A stretch of 63,158 bases of DNA, counting the filler, from Octopus bimaculoides (Eukaryota), in NCBI RefSeq assembly GCF_001194135.2. It is 6 parts of 6 records of this genome, joined end to end, with 100 filler letters (N's around TTAATTAATTAA, not from the genome) between each part and the next. Parts side by side here need not be neighbours in the genome. Positions count along the whole stretch, not along the records: positions 20,094 to 50,845 come from NC_068992.1; 5 more parts are not named here. One strand, 5' to 3'. The translations under genes and the position numbers were made by a program. Below the pieces are notes generated by a model. It did not search any database. It was not told where the DNA came from and worked only from the letters and a program-made list of their open reading frames with translations. Positions 23,920 to 36,995 of this stretch are shown here, piece by piece; within the stretch, counting starts at the first letter, position 1; every line of letters starts with the position of its first letter.

Positions 23920-25861
23920 GAGGAAAACCTTGTTTTTGATCGTACGACAAGACACCAGTCTCAGCAGACATGCTAGTAACACTGAATTAATGGAGTATCG
24001 GAGACTAAGTGAAGGTGACATTTTGCCATCAAGTGTCCTCAAACCAGACGTTACAAACTTACCTCGCTCTCCACCAGACAAGTATACCACAATGGTAGAT
24101 CGGGAAGCAAATTCAAGAATAGGTGAGTAAAGAATTATAAGGTCTTACTGAGTTTTATGAACTTTGTACGGTGCCGTTGCATGTATCTAGTGGCGATATC
24201 AAAGACACCTGTGTAATAGCTGACATTGATAACCTTAGGTTTAGATGAGTTGATCTTAATTCCATTTGTGCTGAGGAGCTGTCGTAATCAAGAAGCATTG
24301 AAAGGTGTTGTGATGCTGCGTTCGATGTCGAGACCAAGAGCTCTAGTTAAGAGGATCATTCTGCTGTATGCCAAAAGAAGATTATATACAACAGGATAAT
24401 GCGGATACAGAAGAGATAATATACTTAAGTAACTGGATCTTACAAGAAGTGGAAGCAGATGAAGTTGTAACCAAAAAAAAAAAACAACATATTTTTCTTT
24501 TATTCAAATATAAATGCGTACTCCTCTATGATGACAATTCTACATAGAACTTCCTGTATTTATTCCCAATGAAATAAAATACGGGAATAAAAATAAGGAC
24601 TGAAGCACACCTATATATGATGGAGATGTAACCTCTCTTGCAAAATATAAAGGATCTTTTAGCTATCCTTCATGAGGAAAATTTTGCTAGCTAACTTCTC
24701 ATGGAAGATAGCTGAGAAATAATTACCATAGCTGAGCTGATATCTAGATATATACACGCAGCTAGGGATAAAAAGTGACTAGCATGTACTTTAACTTGGC
24801 TAATCAAATAGACAATATTATCCTGTTAGCTCGCAAATAATTAGAGATAAATTGTATGGTGATTTTAAATAGGGTTCTGGCTTCCTCCAACTAAATATGA
24901 AAATTTATCCTCACTAGAGACAAAGGGTTCCTAATCTTCCCAAGGAAGCTCTGAAAATCCAATTCCTTTTCTTATGGGAACTTACTCCAACAACACTCAT
25001 GCTTGACAAACCTCACTTTCCCAGAGTTCACAAAAAATATTATTTATCTTCCTCAGACTCAGTATAAACCATTGTGCTATGAAGAAAAAGGCATAGCCAA
25101 TAATTCTAGAAACCTCAGAATCTAACATGCAAATATTACCTTGTAAATTTACGCGTTGTCAAATCTCAGAAAAATGATTAGACTCACAAATCATTAAGAG
25201 CAAAAGACAACCACCAAAATTCTTAACAAAGCGAAATTCACATTAGAAGAAATAATGCAGATAAAACGCGAAGCCTTTTGCTGTGGGACAGGTGAACTGA
25301 CTGAAGGGCGTAAAACCAAAACATTCAATAATGGGAAGGAATTGCAAATATGAACAAAAATGATTTTAAAAATTCTCATTTACTAAATAACATGCCCACA
25401 ATCCAATAGGAATTATGTCGCACAAACAGGATAAAAATTAATAGGTCGTATTAAGGTGCTCTTAAAAATGTCCCATGTATTAAACATTTCAACAGTTGCA
25501 CAGATGGAAAAGTCAAGATATTTCCTATTTTCAAAATAACGGAAAATGATCTACCACGAAAGAAGAAAGGCGAACGCTTCATGTGAATATTAAATTCAAA
25601 ACGAAACCGGAAATACCGCAACGAAAACAAATTACATTACAACACAGGTGTTATAAAATAAAAACAGTGAATAGCGCTTTACATAAAAACTTCCTTCAAT
25701 GAGGCCTGTATCAATCTATTTTTAAAGAATTTTTACATCGCTAATAATTTAAAATTAAAAATATCTTTATACATATATATATATATCTGTGTGTGTGTGT
25801 GTGAGTGTGTGTGAGTGTGTGTGAGTGTGTGTGAGTGTGTGTGTGTGTGTGCATGTGTGTA

Positions 25862-25905
<44 letters not shown>

Positions 25906-25944
25906 NNNNNNNNNNATATATATATATATATATATATATAAATC

Positions 25945-26492
25945 AAATCCTTGATTAGATTTGATTTCTTTGTCAAAGCATAATGCTCAGTGGATATAAT
26001 TACTGAGGTCATATCTGCATATATATTCAGATTTGGCTTGGACAGGACAGCTACAGATGATGTGGTCTACTGTCTTATTGTACTGGTTGTATATTAAGCA
26101 TTTGGTGTTAGAGCCAGTTTTCATTATTTTGCTATTGTAGTTGTTTGTGCTCAAGCATTGCACTTGTGCAGCGAGAATCAATCCTAAAGTTTCTGCTTTT
26201 ACTCCAGGGTTTTTGAGCCATTGATGGCTTTCAATTAGCCGTACTTTCTGTCAAGCCTAGCAAGGTATTGGCTGTGAAGTGATTTTTCTCTCCATTTCCT
26301 CTCTAGTATGTTTAGTATGCTTTTAGTTCTCATTTCATGTTGTTGATTATGTCCTTGATCATTTTAATCGTGTTGTTATCTGTGATCAGTGTGTCAGTGA
26401 AGTTTGTTTCTGTTTTGTATTTTATCGCCTTCTTGTGTATAGAAAAATCGTTTGATTTTGTGTATATGTAAGTGTGTGTGTGAGAGAGAAAG

Positions 26493-26555
<63 letters not shown>

Positions 26556-26775
26556 AGAGAGAGAGAGAGATGCTTTATTACATGGAGTAGTCGTCCACAT
26601 TTTGTTTCTAAGTATTTTTCGAGTCCAACTGTTGTTATTATATAATATTTTTCTATCTGTGTCACGCTGAAACCTCCTTCTGAGCAGGGTAGATATGTTC
26701 TGTCTGTGTCTGCTTAATGGTGGTAACTTCGATGTGTTGTTAATAGTTTCCTTGTTTTTCTACCCAAGTTTCTCA
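25945..26775 (-). mobile_element. R4/Dong-type fragment (RT C-terminus and CCHC remnant), degraded
   Basis: TQIEKYYIITTVGLEKYL parallels IQLENYYKVTTIGVQKYL of the 32 kb copy; CLIYNQYNKTVDHIICSCP; the 5' end abuts (ATT)n at 26776. Confidence 0.75.
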
Positions 26776-26795
26776 ATTATTATTATTATTATTAT

Positions 26796-26954
26796 AGTGG
26801 CTGTGTGGTAAGTAGCTTGCTTACCAACCACATGGTTCCGGGTTCAGTCCCACTGCGTGGCACTTTGGGCAAGTGTCTTCTACTATAGCCTCGGGACGAC
26901 CAAAGCCTTGTGAGTGGATTTGGTAGACGGAAACTGAAAGAAGCCTGTCGTGTG

Positions 26955-26985
<31 letters not shown>

Positions 26986-27250
26986 GTGTGTGTGTGTGTG
27001 TGTATGTGAGTGTGTTTGTGTGTGTGTGTGTGTGTTTGTGTGTCTGTGTTTGTCCCCTCACCATCGCTTAACAACCGATGCTGGTGTGTTTACGTCCCCG
27101 TAACTTAGCGATTCGGCAAAAAGAGACCGATAGAATAAGTACTAGGCTTACAAAGAATATGTCCTGGGGTCGATTTTCTCGACTAAAGGCGGTGCTCCAG
27201 CATGGCCGCAGTCAAAGGACTGAAACAAGTAAAAGAGTAAAAGAGTAAAG

Positions 27251-27252
<2 letters not shown>
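26796..27252 (+). mobile_element. SINE family A, best-preserved copy, inserted in an (ATT)n tract
   Basis: tRNA-like head tggctgtgtggt..ggttcagtccc, then ttgggcaagtgtctt (CORE-like), internal (TA)n(TG)n, tail (aaagagt)n; flanked by (ATT)n on both sides. Confidence 0.92.
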
Positions 27253-27297
<45 letters not shown>

Positions 27298-30200
27298 CTT
27301 CTTTCAATTTTGGTTCCATTTTTTACCGAATGTCTTCCTGACATCTAGAGCAGAGAAACGCACTGTATACATTGGTAGGCCATTAAAATAAACAAACTAG
27401 GTTGTTTATCAACAAAGTCGTGTGATACAGGAAGACGGAAAGAAAGACAGAGAAAAAGGAAAAATAAAAAATAAAAACGGGGAAAAAAGAAAGAAAATTC
27501 ACAGCGACAATGCTCTTCTCAGTACCACTTAAGACAATCTTTTGCACTTCCTGCGTGGATGGTAAGCCAGGGATCATTCATAAATAACTTTCAGTTCCTT
27601 TTTTGATCATTCCAAATATTCCTACAAACATTGGTTTTGTAACTGTCTTGAGATGCCACATCTTTTCGATTTCAATTAGCAAATCCTTATATTTTCTGAG
27701 TTTATCAAATTCTTTTGCCGAGATATTATGTTAACAGGGTATAATAATATCAATCAATAAACAGACTTTATTGTTTTGGTCTTTCACAACATTAGCTGGT
27801 TTATTTGCTTTGAGGATCCGGTCTGTACACACTGGGAAGTCCCAAAGAATAGTTACATTTTCTCCTTCAGTTACAACCTCTGGGTGGTGCTTGTACAATT
27901 TGTCAGCAGTTTTGATTTTATAAAGTCGATACATTATTCAATGTAGATATTGGCCAACTCTGTTATGTCTTGATTTATACTCTACGGGTGCTAAAACCTT
28001 ACTCCCAGAGATTAGGTGATCCACTTTTTCAATCCCATCGTTGCAGTAGCGGCACTTTGGGTCAACACCATTTTTCATCACATTGGCTTGATAGTTCTGG
28101 ATCAATAAGCTCTGATCTTGGGTAGCCAAGATAAAGCCTTCACTCTCTGCATTTACCCCTAAGCTCTGTAGCCAGTGATGGATGTGTTTTTTTGCTCTAC
28201 ATCAGCTTGTTTGCTACCGGCCACATATTCGCCATGCAGAGGTTTTTGTTCCTACCTATCAGCCAAATGTTCAATTTTGCTTTGCTATTGATTTTACCTT
28301 TTTTGCAACTACAGTTGCTGCACTTCTACCATGCTGTTGTTCAACATGGGTATTATACATAAACGCACTTGAAAATTATTTGCTCTCCTTCATAAATGAG
28401 TGAAACTTCTTACGTCATCCATGGTTTTCAACGAGCTTTAGCAACCAGTCGTTTGATGTTTCAGGATATTTTGCCAGTCCAATTGTGGTGGTTTTGTAAG
28501 AAATTTCAAATTGGATCAAGTCTCGACCGCCTTGTGCTCTGCGTCGGTAAAGACAATTTGCGCCTGCCTTTGGGTGGTGCATCTTATTGCAAGTCAGCAG
28601 CTTAAGGATTTTTCATGTCAATCTTCCTAATTTCGCTCATATTCCAGTCCAATACATTGAAAGTGTAAATAACAACCGGAACTGCTTAAGAATTGTTACG
28701 TGCATGTAACTCAGATTTAGGAACTCTCCTGTAACATTCCTTTCTGATCTTCTCTTTCGTGTTTGCATGATGAATGCTAGAACCCTCATTTATTCCGAGG
28801 TATTTGTAAGTTTCTTCCTGGTCGAGTTCTTTTATGACTGTATCAACATTCAACACTACTGAATGTGAAGTCTTCAATTTCTTCTTCCGGAAAGTGGCCT
28901 TGACACATTTATCAAGACTAAATTTCATTCCGTGTCATCACTGAATGCTTTCACAGTACGTAGTAGTCTTTCAAGCTCATTATCGTCTTTTGTCATAGAG
29001 TTTTATTCAGCTATATAAAATAGATTACTTATTATCTTGTCGCCAATTTTATATTCATACTTTGTTCTGTTAAGTTAATTTGTAAGGGATATTAGGACTT
29101 TGTAAAAATTAAAGGTGTAAACTTGGAAAATTCCGCAGTTGATATTAATATTTTTTTGTGGTCAGTACTCTATTAGAGACGCATAATTGGAGCTTCATAT
29201 TCCACACTGACATGTGCTTCAGGAAGTTTGAAATCACAGGAGATATTTTGAAGATATCTAGCAGTTTCAAGATCCATGAATGTGGTATGCTGTCAAAGGC
29301 CTTTTTATAATTAGTGCATGCAAAACTGAGATTTCTGGGTTTGTTATGACAGTTCTCAAGGATCATACGATTGATTAAAAGATGGTCTTTGCATCTGTAT
29401 GAGTCCCGTAGGCACCCTTATTGTTCAGTGGGGAAAATGTCGTTCTGTTCCATAAATTTGTACATTTTCTCCACGAGGATAGATGTTAAGATTTTATACG
29501 TGGTAGATAGACATGTTATGGGCCGATAGTTTTGGGGAAATTTGGTTTCATTATTATTCGGGAGTAGGTAATACCGCTTGCTAACCAATAAGGTGTTTTC
29601 GTAGGATCTCCCATATTTTCATTGAATAACTGGACTAACTTTCCGTGTGCGCACGGGAGCGATGCAAGCCAGAAATTTGATACCCTATCATTACAAGGGG
29701 ATTTCCACTTATGAGCCTTCATGAATGTCATCCTTAGGTCTGCTATCGTGATGTCTTCCCATACTTGTTCTGGTAAGTTTTGGTAGCATTCTTCTGTGCG
29801 TCTAATCCAGTCTGCATTTTCATTGTAAGTCTTTTCATCATTCCAGATATTTTTCCAAAAGATTTCAACTTCCATAGGAGAGGGGTTTTCAACGGTTGTT
29901 TTCTCCTTCCCTATTTCTCTGTAGAATGTTTTCGCATTGGGTGTAAACAGCTTATTTTGCTTGTAAGCCTTATTTCTCTTCTCAAATCTTCGTATTCTTT
30001 GAGCTTTTGCTTGGACTTATTGTTGCAGTGATTCTTTTGCTGAAAGCAGTTCTTCTCTTGGTGAGAATCTATGTTTTCTCTTCTTTCTTCCTTTTCTGGT
30101 TTTTACATCGTTTCCACAGATTAGTTCATTCAATATTGACATTTCCCCTCTCATTATTTCAATACCTTTTTGAAATTTACTTTTTCAGTTTGGAATTCTT

Positions 30201-31150
30201 CTCAGGTTTGTATTCCTTTGTTTTTTTTTTTCAGAGGCGTACAACTGGTTTCAATTGTCTTAGCAGCTGTGTAAGTAATTTCGTTTAATTCAGTGAGATC
30301 TGGTTTTAGTTCATGTATAATTTCTTTTCTCACATAGTTTCCAATTTTAATTTGTTTTCTATTTTGGATTGTATTTGAGAGTTTATGAAGTGGTTCTCTA
30401 TCATGCATATTGGCGTGTCTTACAACTGCAGGCTTCTTCAGGATTTTCTGCTTCATTTCTATCATAGACTCTCTTCAGTAAATGTGTAATCGCTATCATT
30501 ATCAGGTTCATTACAATTTATTTCTTCTGGTCAGATGGCAGTCTTTCAATTGAGACTCGTGGAGAGTTGCTTTCTTCATCTGGTTCTTCATTTCCTTTCT
30601 GCCTTATATTTAGGTCATTTTCTGCTGCGTGCTTCATCGCGGTTATTTTACTATCTATGAGTCTTTTATTTCTGAAGATATCCCTCCTAACATTTGCTAA
30701 CTTGTTTTCGTCCAAATATAGTCTATCTCCATTTCGTGTTCTCGATATTTGATAAGAGTGTGCGGTGTGTTTCTCTTCAGATGGCCTGCCTAATGCATAG
30801 TGATAGGCGTATATTACTTCTGTATACTCTTCTCGGATTAATTTGATCCTCTTACATTTTTCTCTGTGGGTGGTGAACTTAGAGAGCTCGAATTCGGGCA
30901 ATTCCTGTTCAAGTGACCATCCAGGTTTGTATTCAGAGAAGAGTTTGTGTCAGTGGATGAATTTTCGACCCAGGCTAGCTCTCTCCTAGGGGACGCGCTT
31001 CCAGTTTAACCACAGGACAGGCAATTTGGTGTACTGTTGTAGTTTCCCTTTCTGTTTCCTACGATATATTTGTGCTACATTAGAATTATTAGTATTGAAC
31101 CCTGTGTGGCAGATGTAGAGACGGTTATTGTCTCTGCCATTAATATCGCT
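27298..31150 (-). mobile_element. Near full-length R4/Dong-type non-LTR retrotransposon (RT + CCHC + RLE), inactivated by frameshifts
   Basis: HKWKSPCNDRVSNFWL, YKKAFDSIPHSWI, KFSLDKC..YKYLG, CRYCNDGIEKVDHLISG..YKSRHN, ILWDFPVCTDRILKANKP..LIDIIIPC; both ends abut (TAA)n. Confidence 0.9.
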
Positions 31151-31175
31151 ACAGTTATTATTATTATTATTATTC

Positions 31176-33754
31176 AATAGTTTTATTTTTATAACGTGCT
31201 TTCACTTCACTACCGAGAACAGCTCTGTGTGCCTTGGGTATGTGCTGCGGTTTGCTGTGATGCTCTTATGGTTACTGTATTGAAAGTGCTTTGCGTAGGA
31301 TGTGTGCAGTGCCCAGTAGTACAATTTTCTGTATGTTATATATATTTGTAAGTCCTGGTGTTTTTGTCATGTATTTGTCTGAATATTTTTTTATTATGCC
31401 TAAGGCACCTACTATGATAGGAATTGTTTCTGTTTTTAGATTCCACATTCGAGTTACCTCTATTTCCAGGTCTTTGTATTTTGAAGGTTTCTCCATTTCT
31501 TTTAGAGAAACGTTGTCATCTGCTGNNNNNNNNNNNNNNNNNNNNNNNNNNNNNNNNNNNNNNNNNNNNNNNNNNNNNNNNNNNNNNNNNNNNNNNNNNN
31601 NNNNNNNNNNNNNNNNNNNNNNNNNNNNNNNNNNNNNNNNNNNNNNNNNNNNNNNNNNNNNNNNNNNNNNNNNNNNNNNNNNNNNNNNNNNNNNNNNNNN
31701 NNNNNNNNNNNNNNNNNNNNNNNNNNNNNNNNNNNNNNNNNNNNNNNNNNNNNNNNNNNNNNNNNNNNNNNNNNNNNNNNNNNNNNNNNNNNNNNNNNNN
31801 NNNNNNNNNNNNNNNNNNNNNNNNNNNNNNNNNNNNNNNNNNNNNNNNNNNNNNNNNNNNNNNNNNNNNNNNNNNNNNNNNNNNNNNNNNNNNNNNNNNN
31901 NNNNNNNNNNNNNNNNNNNNNNNNNNNNNNNNNNNNNNNNNNNNNNNNNNNNNNNNNNNNNNNNNNNNNNNNNNNNNNNNNNNNNNNNNNNNNNNNNNNN
32001 NNNNNNNNNNNNNNNNNNNNNNNNNNNNNNNNNNNNNNNNNNNNNNNNNNNNNNNNNNNNNNNNNNNNNNNNNNNNNNNNNNNNNNNNNNNNNNNNNNNN
32101 NNNNNNNNNNNNNNNNNNNNNNNNNNNNNNNNNNNNNNNNNNNNNNNNNNNNNNNNNNNNNNNNNNNNNNNNNNNNNNNNNNNNNNNNNNNNNNNNNNNN
32201 NNNNNNNNNNNNNNNNNNNNNNNNNNNNNNNNNNNNNNNNNNNNNNNNNNNNNTTCTTCTTCTTCTTCTTCTTCTTCTTCTCCTCTTCTTCTTCTTCTTC
32301 GTATTTATTAGGTAGTATGATTTCTTGTTTGTATTTGTCAGCTTCCTTAAATACTGGAAACAGTTTTTGTTTTGCTCGTGTTTTGTGGCTATTTGCATTA
32401 GTTTTCCTTGCTTCTGAAGTAGGTATTTTTGCACTCCTATGGTGGTTACTTTATAATAGTTTTCCAGCTGTATAAGATCCCTACCACCTTCTGTACGTTG
32501 TATATATAGCCTTTCTATGTCAGATTTTGGGTGGTGCATCCTAGATCCTGTCATTATTTTTCTTGTTTTCCTCTCTATTTTAGATAGTTCCTTTGGTGTC
32601 CAGTTAAAGATATTGTAGCTGTAACTTATAACTGGCATGGCTAAAGTGTTAATACCTATTATCTTGTTTTTAGCATTGAGCTCTGTTTTTAGTATTGATC
32701 TAACTCGTCTATAGTACTCTTTCATTATTTTTTCTTTCATTTGTGTGTGTTGTATCCTATCTAGTTCATTGACTCCTAAATATTTGTATGGCTGGCTTTC
32801 GTCCAGTTCTCTTATTTCATTGACTTTATCTAGTGTGATGTTGCTACTCTTAACTAATTTTCCTCTTTTCAGGGTTGCTTTGACACATTTGTCTAATCCG
32901 AATTTCATATCTATTTCCTTGGTAAATCCATTTACTGTCTGTGTTTCCAGCTCTTTATCATTTCTAGCGTATAATTTTAGGTCATCCATATATAAAAGGT
33001 GGCTGACTGTTTTGCTTTAACATTTGTATCCGCATCCAGTTCTATTTAGCAATTCCGTTAAAGGTGTGAGTGCCAGGCAGAACAGGAGTGGAGAGAGCGT
33101 GTTTCCTTGGAATATTCCTCTTCTAATGGGGATGACTTTCGTTTTCACAAGTCCCTCTTTTGTTTGGAGCTGTAGCACTGTCTGCCATTTATTTATAGAG
33201 TGCTTTACATATTTTATAATAATTGGTGCCACCTTGTTTATGGCTAGTGTTTCGAGAATCCACGTGTGGGGAACACTGTCGAAAGCCTTTCGGTAGTCGA
33301 TCCAGGCCATACTGAGGCCTTTCTTCTTTCTGCCGCTGTCTTCAATTATGGCTTTATTGATCAATAATTGATCTTTACAGCCGTATGAGCCCTTGCAGCA
33401 TCCCTTCTGCTCTTCTGGAAACAGGTTGTTATTTTCCAGGTGCTTACTCAATCTCTGCGATATTATTGCAGTAAAGGCTTTGTAGATCGTAGGGAGACAG
33501 GTTATAGTAGTTTTGTGGTTTCTCCGTTTCCGTGGATTTGGGAATTAAGATGGTTTTCCCTTTCGTGAGCCATTCAGGCATTGTCTCTGGCTCTGCTAGT
33601 ATGTTGTTAAAGTTTTCAGCTAGCTTTTTGTGCATTCCTTTCAGGTATTTTAACCAGAAGTTGGGGATCTTGTCGTGCCCAAGTGCCTTCCAGTTGCTTA
33701 GTCTTTGCATTGCCTGGGTGACCTCTTCAGTTGTTATAGGGGTCCAGAGTTGTC

Positions 33755-33755
<1 letters not shown>
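31176..33755 (-). mobile_element. 5'-truncated R4/Dong-type element with a relatively intact RT (gap 31526-32253)
   Basis: GHDKIPNFWLK, EEQKGCCKGSYGCKDQLLIN, AWIDYRKAFDSVPH, RRGIFQGNTLSPLLFC, YMDDLKLYA, KFGLDKC, KYKDLEIEVTRMWNLKTETIPIIVGALG; flanked by (TTA)n at ~31155-31175 and 33756-33791. Confidence 0.92.
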
Positions 33756-33790
<35 letters not shown>

Positions 33791-34053
33791 CATTCGTCGT
33801 CTATCGACACGTGTTGCACATCGCTCCTGTAAGTTCTATTGTTGCTAGACATTGTTATGTATTGTGCATTTGTTACCGTTACATAGATAAACTAATTAGG
33901 ACCTTAGAGAGATGGTTAGTTACTCTCTATTTGTAGCACTTAGCGGCTAATTTGGCGTTCGTTCAAACTGATACGTCCCTCAAAGTAAAAAAAGAAGAAG
34001 ATGGCGAATGGGAATCGTTCGTCCGCTGAAAAGAACAGCCGGTCATCTGCAAA

Positions 34054-34163
34054 ACAGAAGATCCAAGTCGCAATAGACAGTGATAGCTTTAGCAGTAGCA
34101 GCAACGACAGAAGATCCAAGTCGCAATAGACAGTGATAGCTTTAGCAGTAGCAGCAACGACAG
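34054..34163. repeat. Exact 53-bp tandem duplication
   Basis: acagaagatccaagtcgcaatagacagtgatagctttagcagtagcagcaacg starts at 34054 and again at 34107. Confidence 0.95.
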
Positions 34164-36777
34164 GATCAGCAGCAACAACAACAATAAGAGCAATAACGCA
34201 GGTGAAATATACGAAAGTAACTTCCCATTGCTTTCAATACCACTTTCACCATTGCAGCAAGAAAAGAAACCAATGACAACAAAAAGAAGCAACATACGCA
34301 AGAATGCTACCACATCCATCACTACCGCCAGTGGCAACAGTAAACCCACCACCACCACTATGACATTTGTGTGCGGCATTTCAGTAGCTGGATGGACTTC
34401 AGTGTGTACTCCGACGGTGAAGGCCGGTTTATGAGATTACCCTGGGTTTCCCGTCCATAAAGGGTTTAATTTTATGCCGTATCGTCAGACTCCGAATCCT
34501 GTTGGCCTATAATCTCTTTAAAATATGGAGTGGAAAAGTTTGGGTTGCCCCCTTTTTGCTAATGGCTATCGACTTCCGACCCTACTGCCATCGTTCAGCT
34601 GTAAATAATAGGGGATTATATCCCTCTCCCGTTAGCTATCAACTTCATGCGGTTGCCAAAAGGCCAGCAGAAATCTCCGAAAATGCAAACATGACCCGAA
34701 AATGTCCGTTGTGGAGTTAAGTATAGCTCCTGATTCGAGTGAGTTCCTTAGGATTCTCATGTATTCGGCTATACATAGCTTGCAGAGTTTCGTCTTGTTG
34801 ATGTTTTTGAGAATTTTCCATGAGATTGAGTGTGGAACTCCGAAGTCTTTTAGTTGCCAAACGTGGCTGGCCAGTGATATTACATATCTCCTTTCCGGGA
34901 CCCTGAAGGAGAATCAACAGTTCGAAAAACGTTTCTTGAATGAATTTCCGGTACAACCAATATATTCTGTGGACGCGCGATGTCAGAACTGTACCTATTA
35001 TTGTTGTTGCCACCGTTACTGCTGTTGCTGATGCAATTGTAACTGCCGATGTCGTTGCTGCTGTGTTCAAGAACCTGGTAAATGGTATTAGCAAGAGGAT
35101 TTCATCAGGAATATATATATATATATATANNNNNNNNNNNNNNNNNNNNNNNNNNNNNNNNNNNNNNNNNNNNNNNNNNNNNNNNNNNNNNNNNNNNNNN
35201 NNNNNNNNNNNNNNNNNNNNNNNNNNNNNNNNNNNNNNNNNNNNNNNNNNNNNNNNNNNNNNNNNNNNNNNNNNNNNNNNNNNNNNNNNNNNNNNNNNNN
35301 NNNNNNNNNNNNNNNNNNNNNNNNNNNNNNNNNNNNNNNNNNNNNNNNNNNNNNNNNNNNNNNNNNNNNNNNNNNNNNNNNNNNNNNNNNNNNNNNNNNN
35401 NNNNNNNNNNNNNNNNNNNNNATATATATATATATATATATACATACATACATTTATACATACATCAATCATACATATATTTGTGCATGTATGCATGAAT
35501 AATTATTTCTGGCTCTTAAGTTCTCTTTTCTTCTCCCCACCTTCCCTATATCTTATTCAACATCTCTTCTCTTTCTTTCGTTTAACCTATTATTTATCAT
35601 AATAGTTTGCTGCCAATTGTCATTATCGGAAAAGTTATTGAATTACTAGGATTTTGGAATAATGTAGGCTTAAAGTTGATTCTTACGTCGAGTGATTTAT
35701 CGTAATGTATGTATTATTGTTTATTTTTCATTGTTTGATACCATAGACCATTAAACTCATGTTTTTCTGTCAATATGAACAAACTACTGAAAACATTTCT
35801 TGACTTTTAAAAAAATCTAGCAGTTGAGATTTAATCCTTAATCAATATCTATTAATAATCGTGTAACCATTGTAGCAATTTCCCATTAAATGTTAATGAT
35901 GTGACGTTTATGCCATCTTTCCAGTTAAAAAATTTAGGGCATCGCTGTTTAAAAGTTGATACTCTAAATTTTATAACCCGAATGTGATTGAAATATTTAC
36001 ACACACAGTGAGCTACAAAATATAAAACATTTGCATATTTACTAGATCTGATCACTACAGCAGTGATAGATCCCACCAAAGTTTCTATTGACTTAATAGA
36101 AATATATCGTCCAAAGAACTTTCAATATACGCTAATTCATTTCTGGATCACACGGGTAATTATTTCTGCTCAGCGCACTAATGAAATTACAGATATATAA
36201 ATTTACACCGATGTATTATGTTAATTGCAGCATTTTTAATGAGATAAGTTAGTAGCAAAGTTTCTTCTTAGCTTCGAATCATCTCGTTCATATTGGCCAA
36301 ACTACATTTTCATGAAAGTTATGAACAGCTACGAGAAATTAAATGAATCGCTATTAAAGGCATGAACGCCCACAAGTACATTATCCAACAAATTAATGTC
36401 AACTGGTATGAACCCCCCCCCCTCCCAAAAGGTATACATGAAAGCAAGTTAAATGAAATTTCTTGTCAAATTGTGGAAAATTTGCTAAAAGTTATTAAAA
36501 TCTGGAGTATTGAACTCAAAGGCAGAACAACTTCAGATACTACACGGTACTCTGTCACTCAGTTCCATTACAGGTGTTCTGCTTCTAACAAGCATAGACA
36601 AATGTCATATAAGCTAAAATATTATTTCTGTTTTATGTAGTGAAAATTTTTAATTATCACATCTCGATAACATTTATGTTTTTTAATTCAACTAATTCAT
36701 CAGGCATATGTAAATATAAGTGTTTGAAATAATAAAATACTGAAACGTGTAATTAATATTATTAGGGCGCTCGTTAA

Positions 36778-36995
36778 GACGGGCGTGCTGGCAGAATCAT
36801 TAACACACCAGACGAAATGCTTAATGGCATTTCGATCGCTTTTTATTTTATTTACATTCTTACTTCAAATTCTGCCGAGGTCGACTTTGCCTTTAATCCT
36901 CTCTGGGTCGATAAAAACAAGTACCAACTGATTACTGGAGTCAATGTAATCGATTACCCCAACCCCCAAAATTTCTGGCATTGTGCCAAAATTTG
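36778..36995 (+). mobile_element. SINE family B, diverged copy
   Basis: gcgtgctggcagaatcattaacacaccagacgaaatgctt..caaattctgccgaggtcgactttgcctttaatcctctctgggtcgataaaa. Confidence 0.75.
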
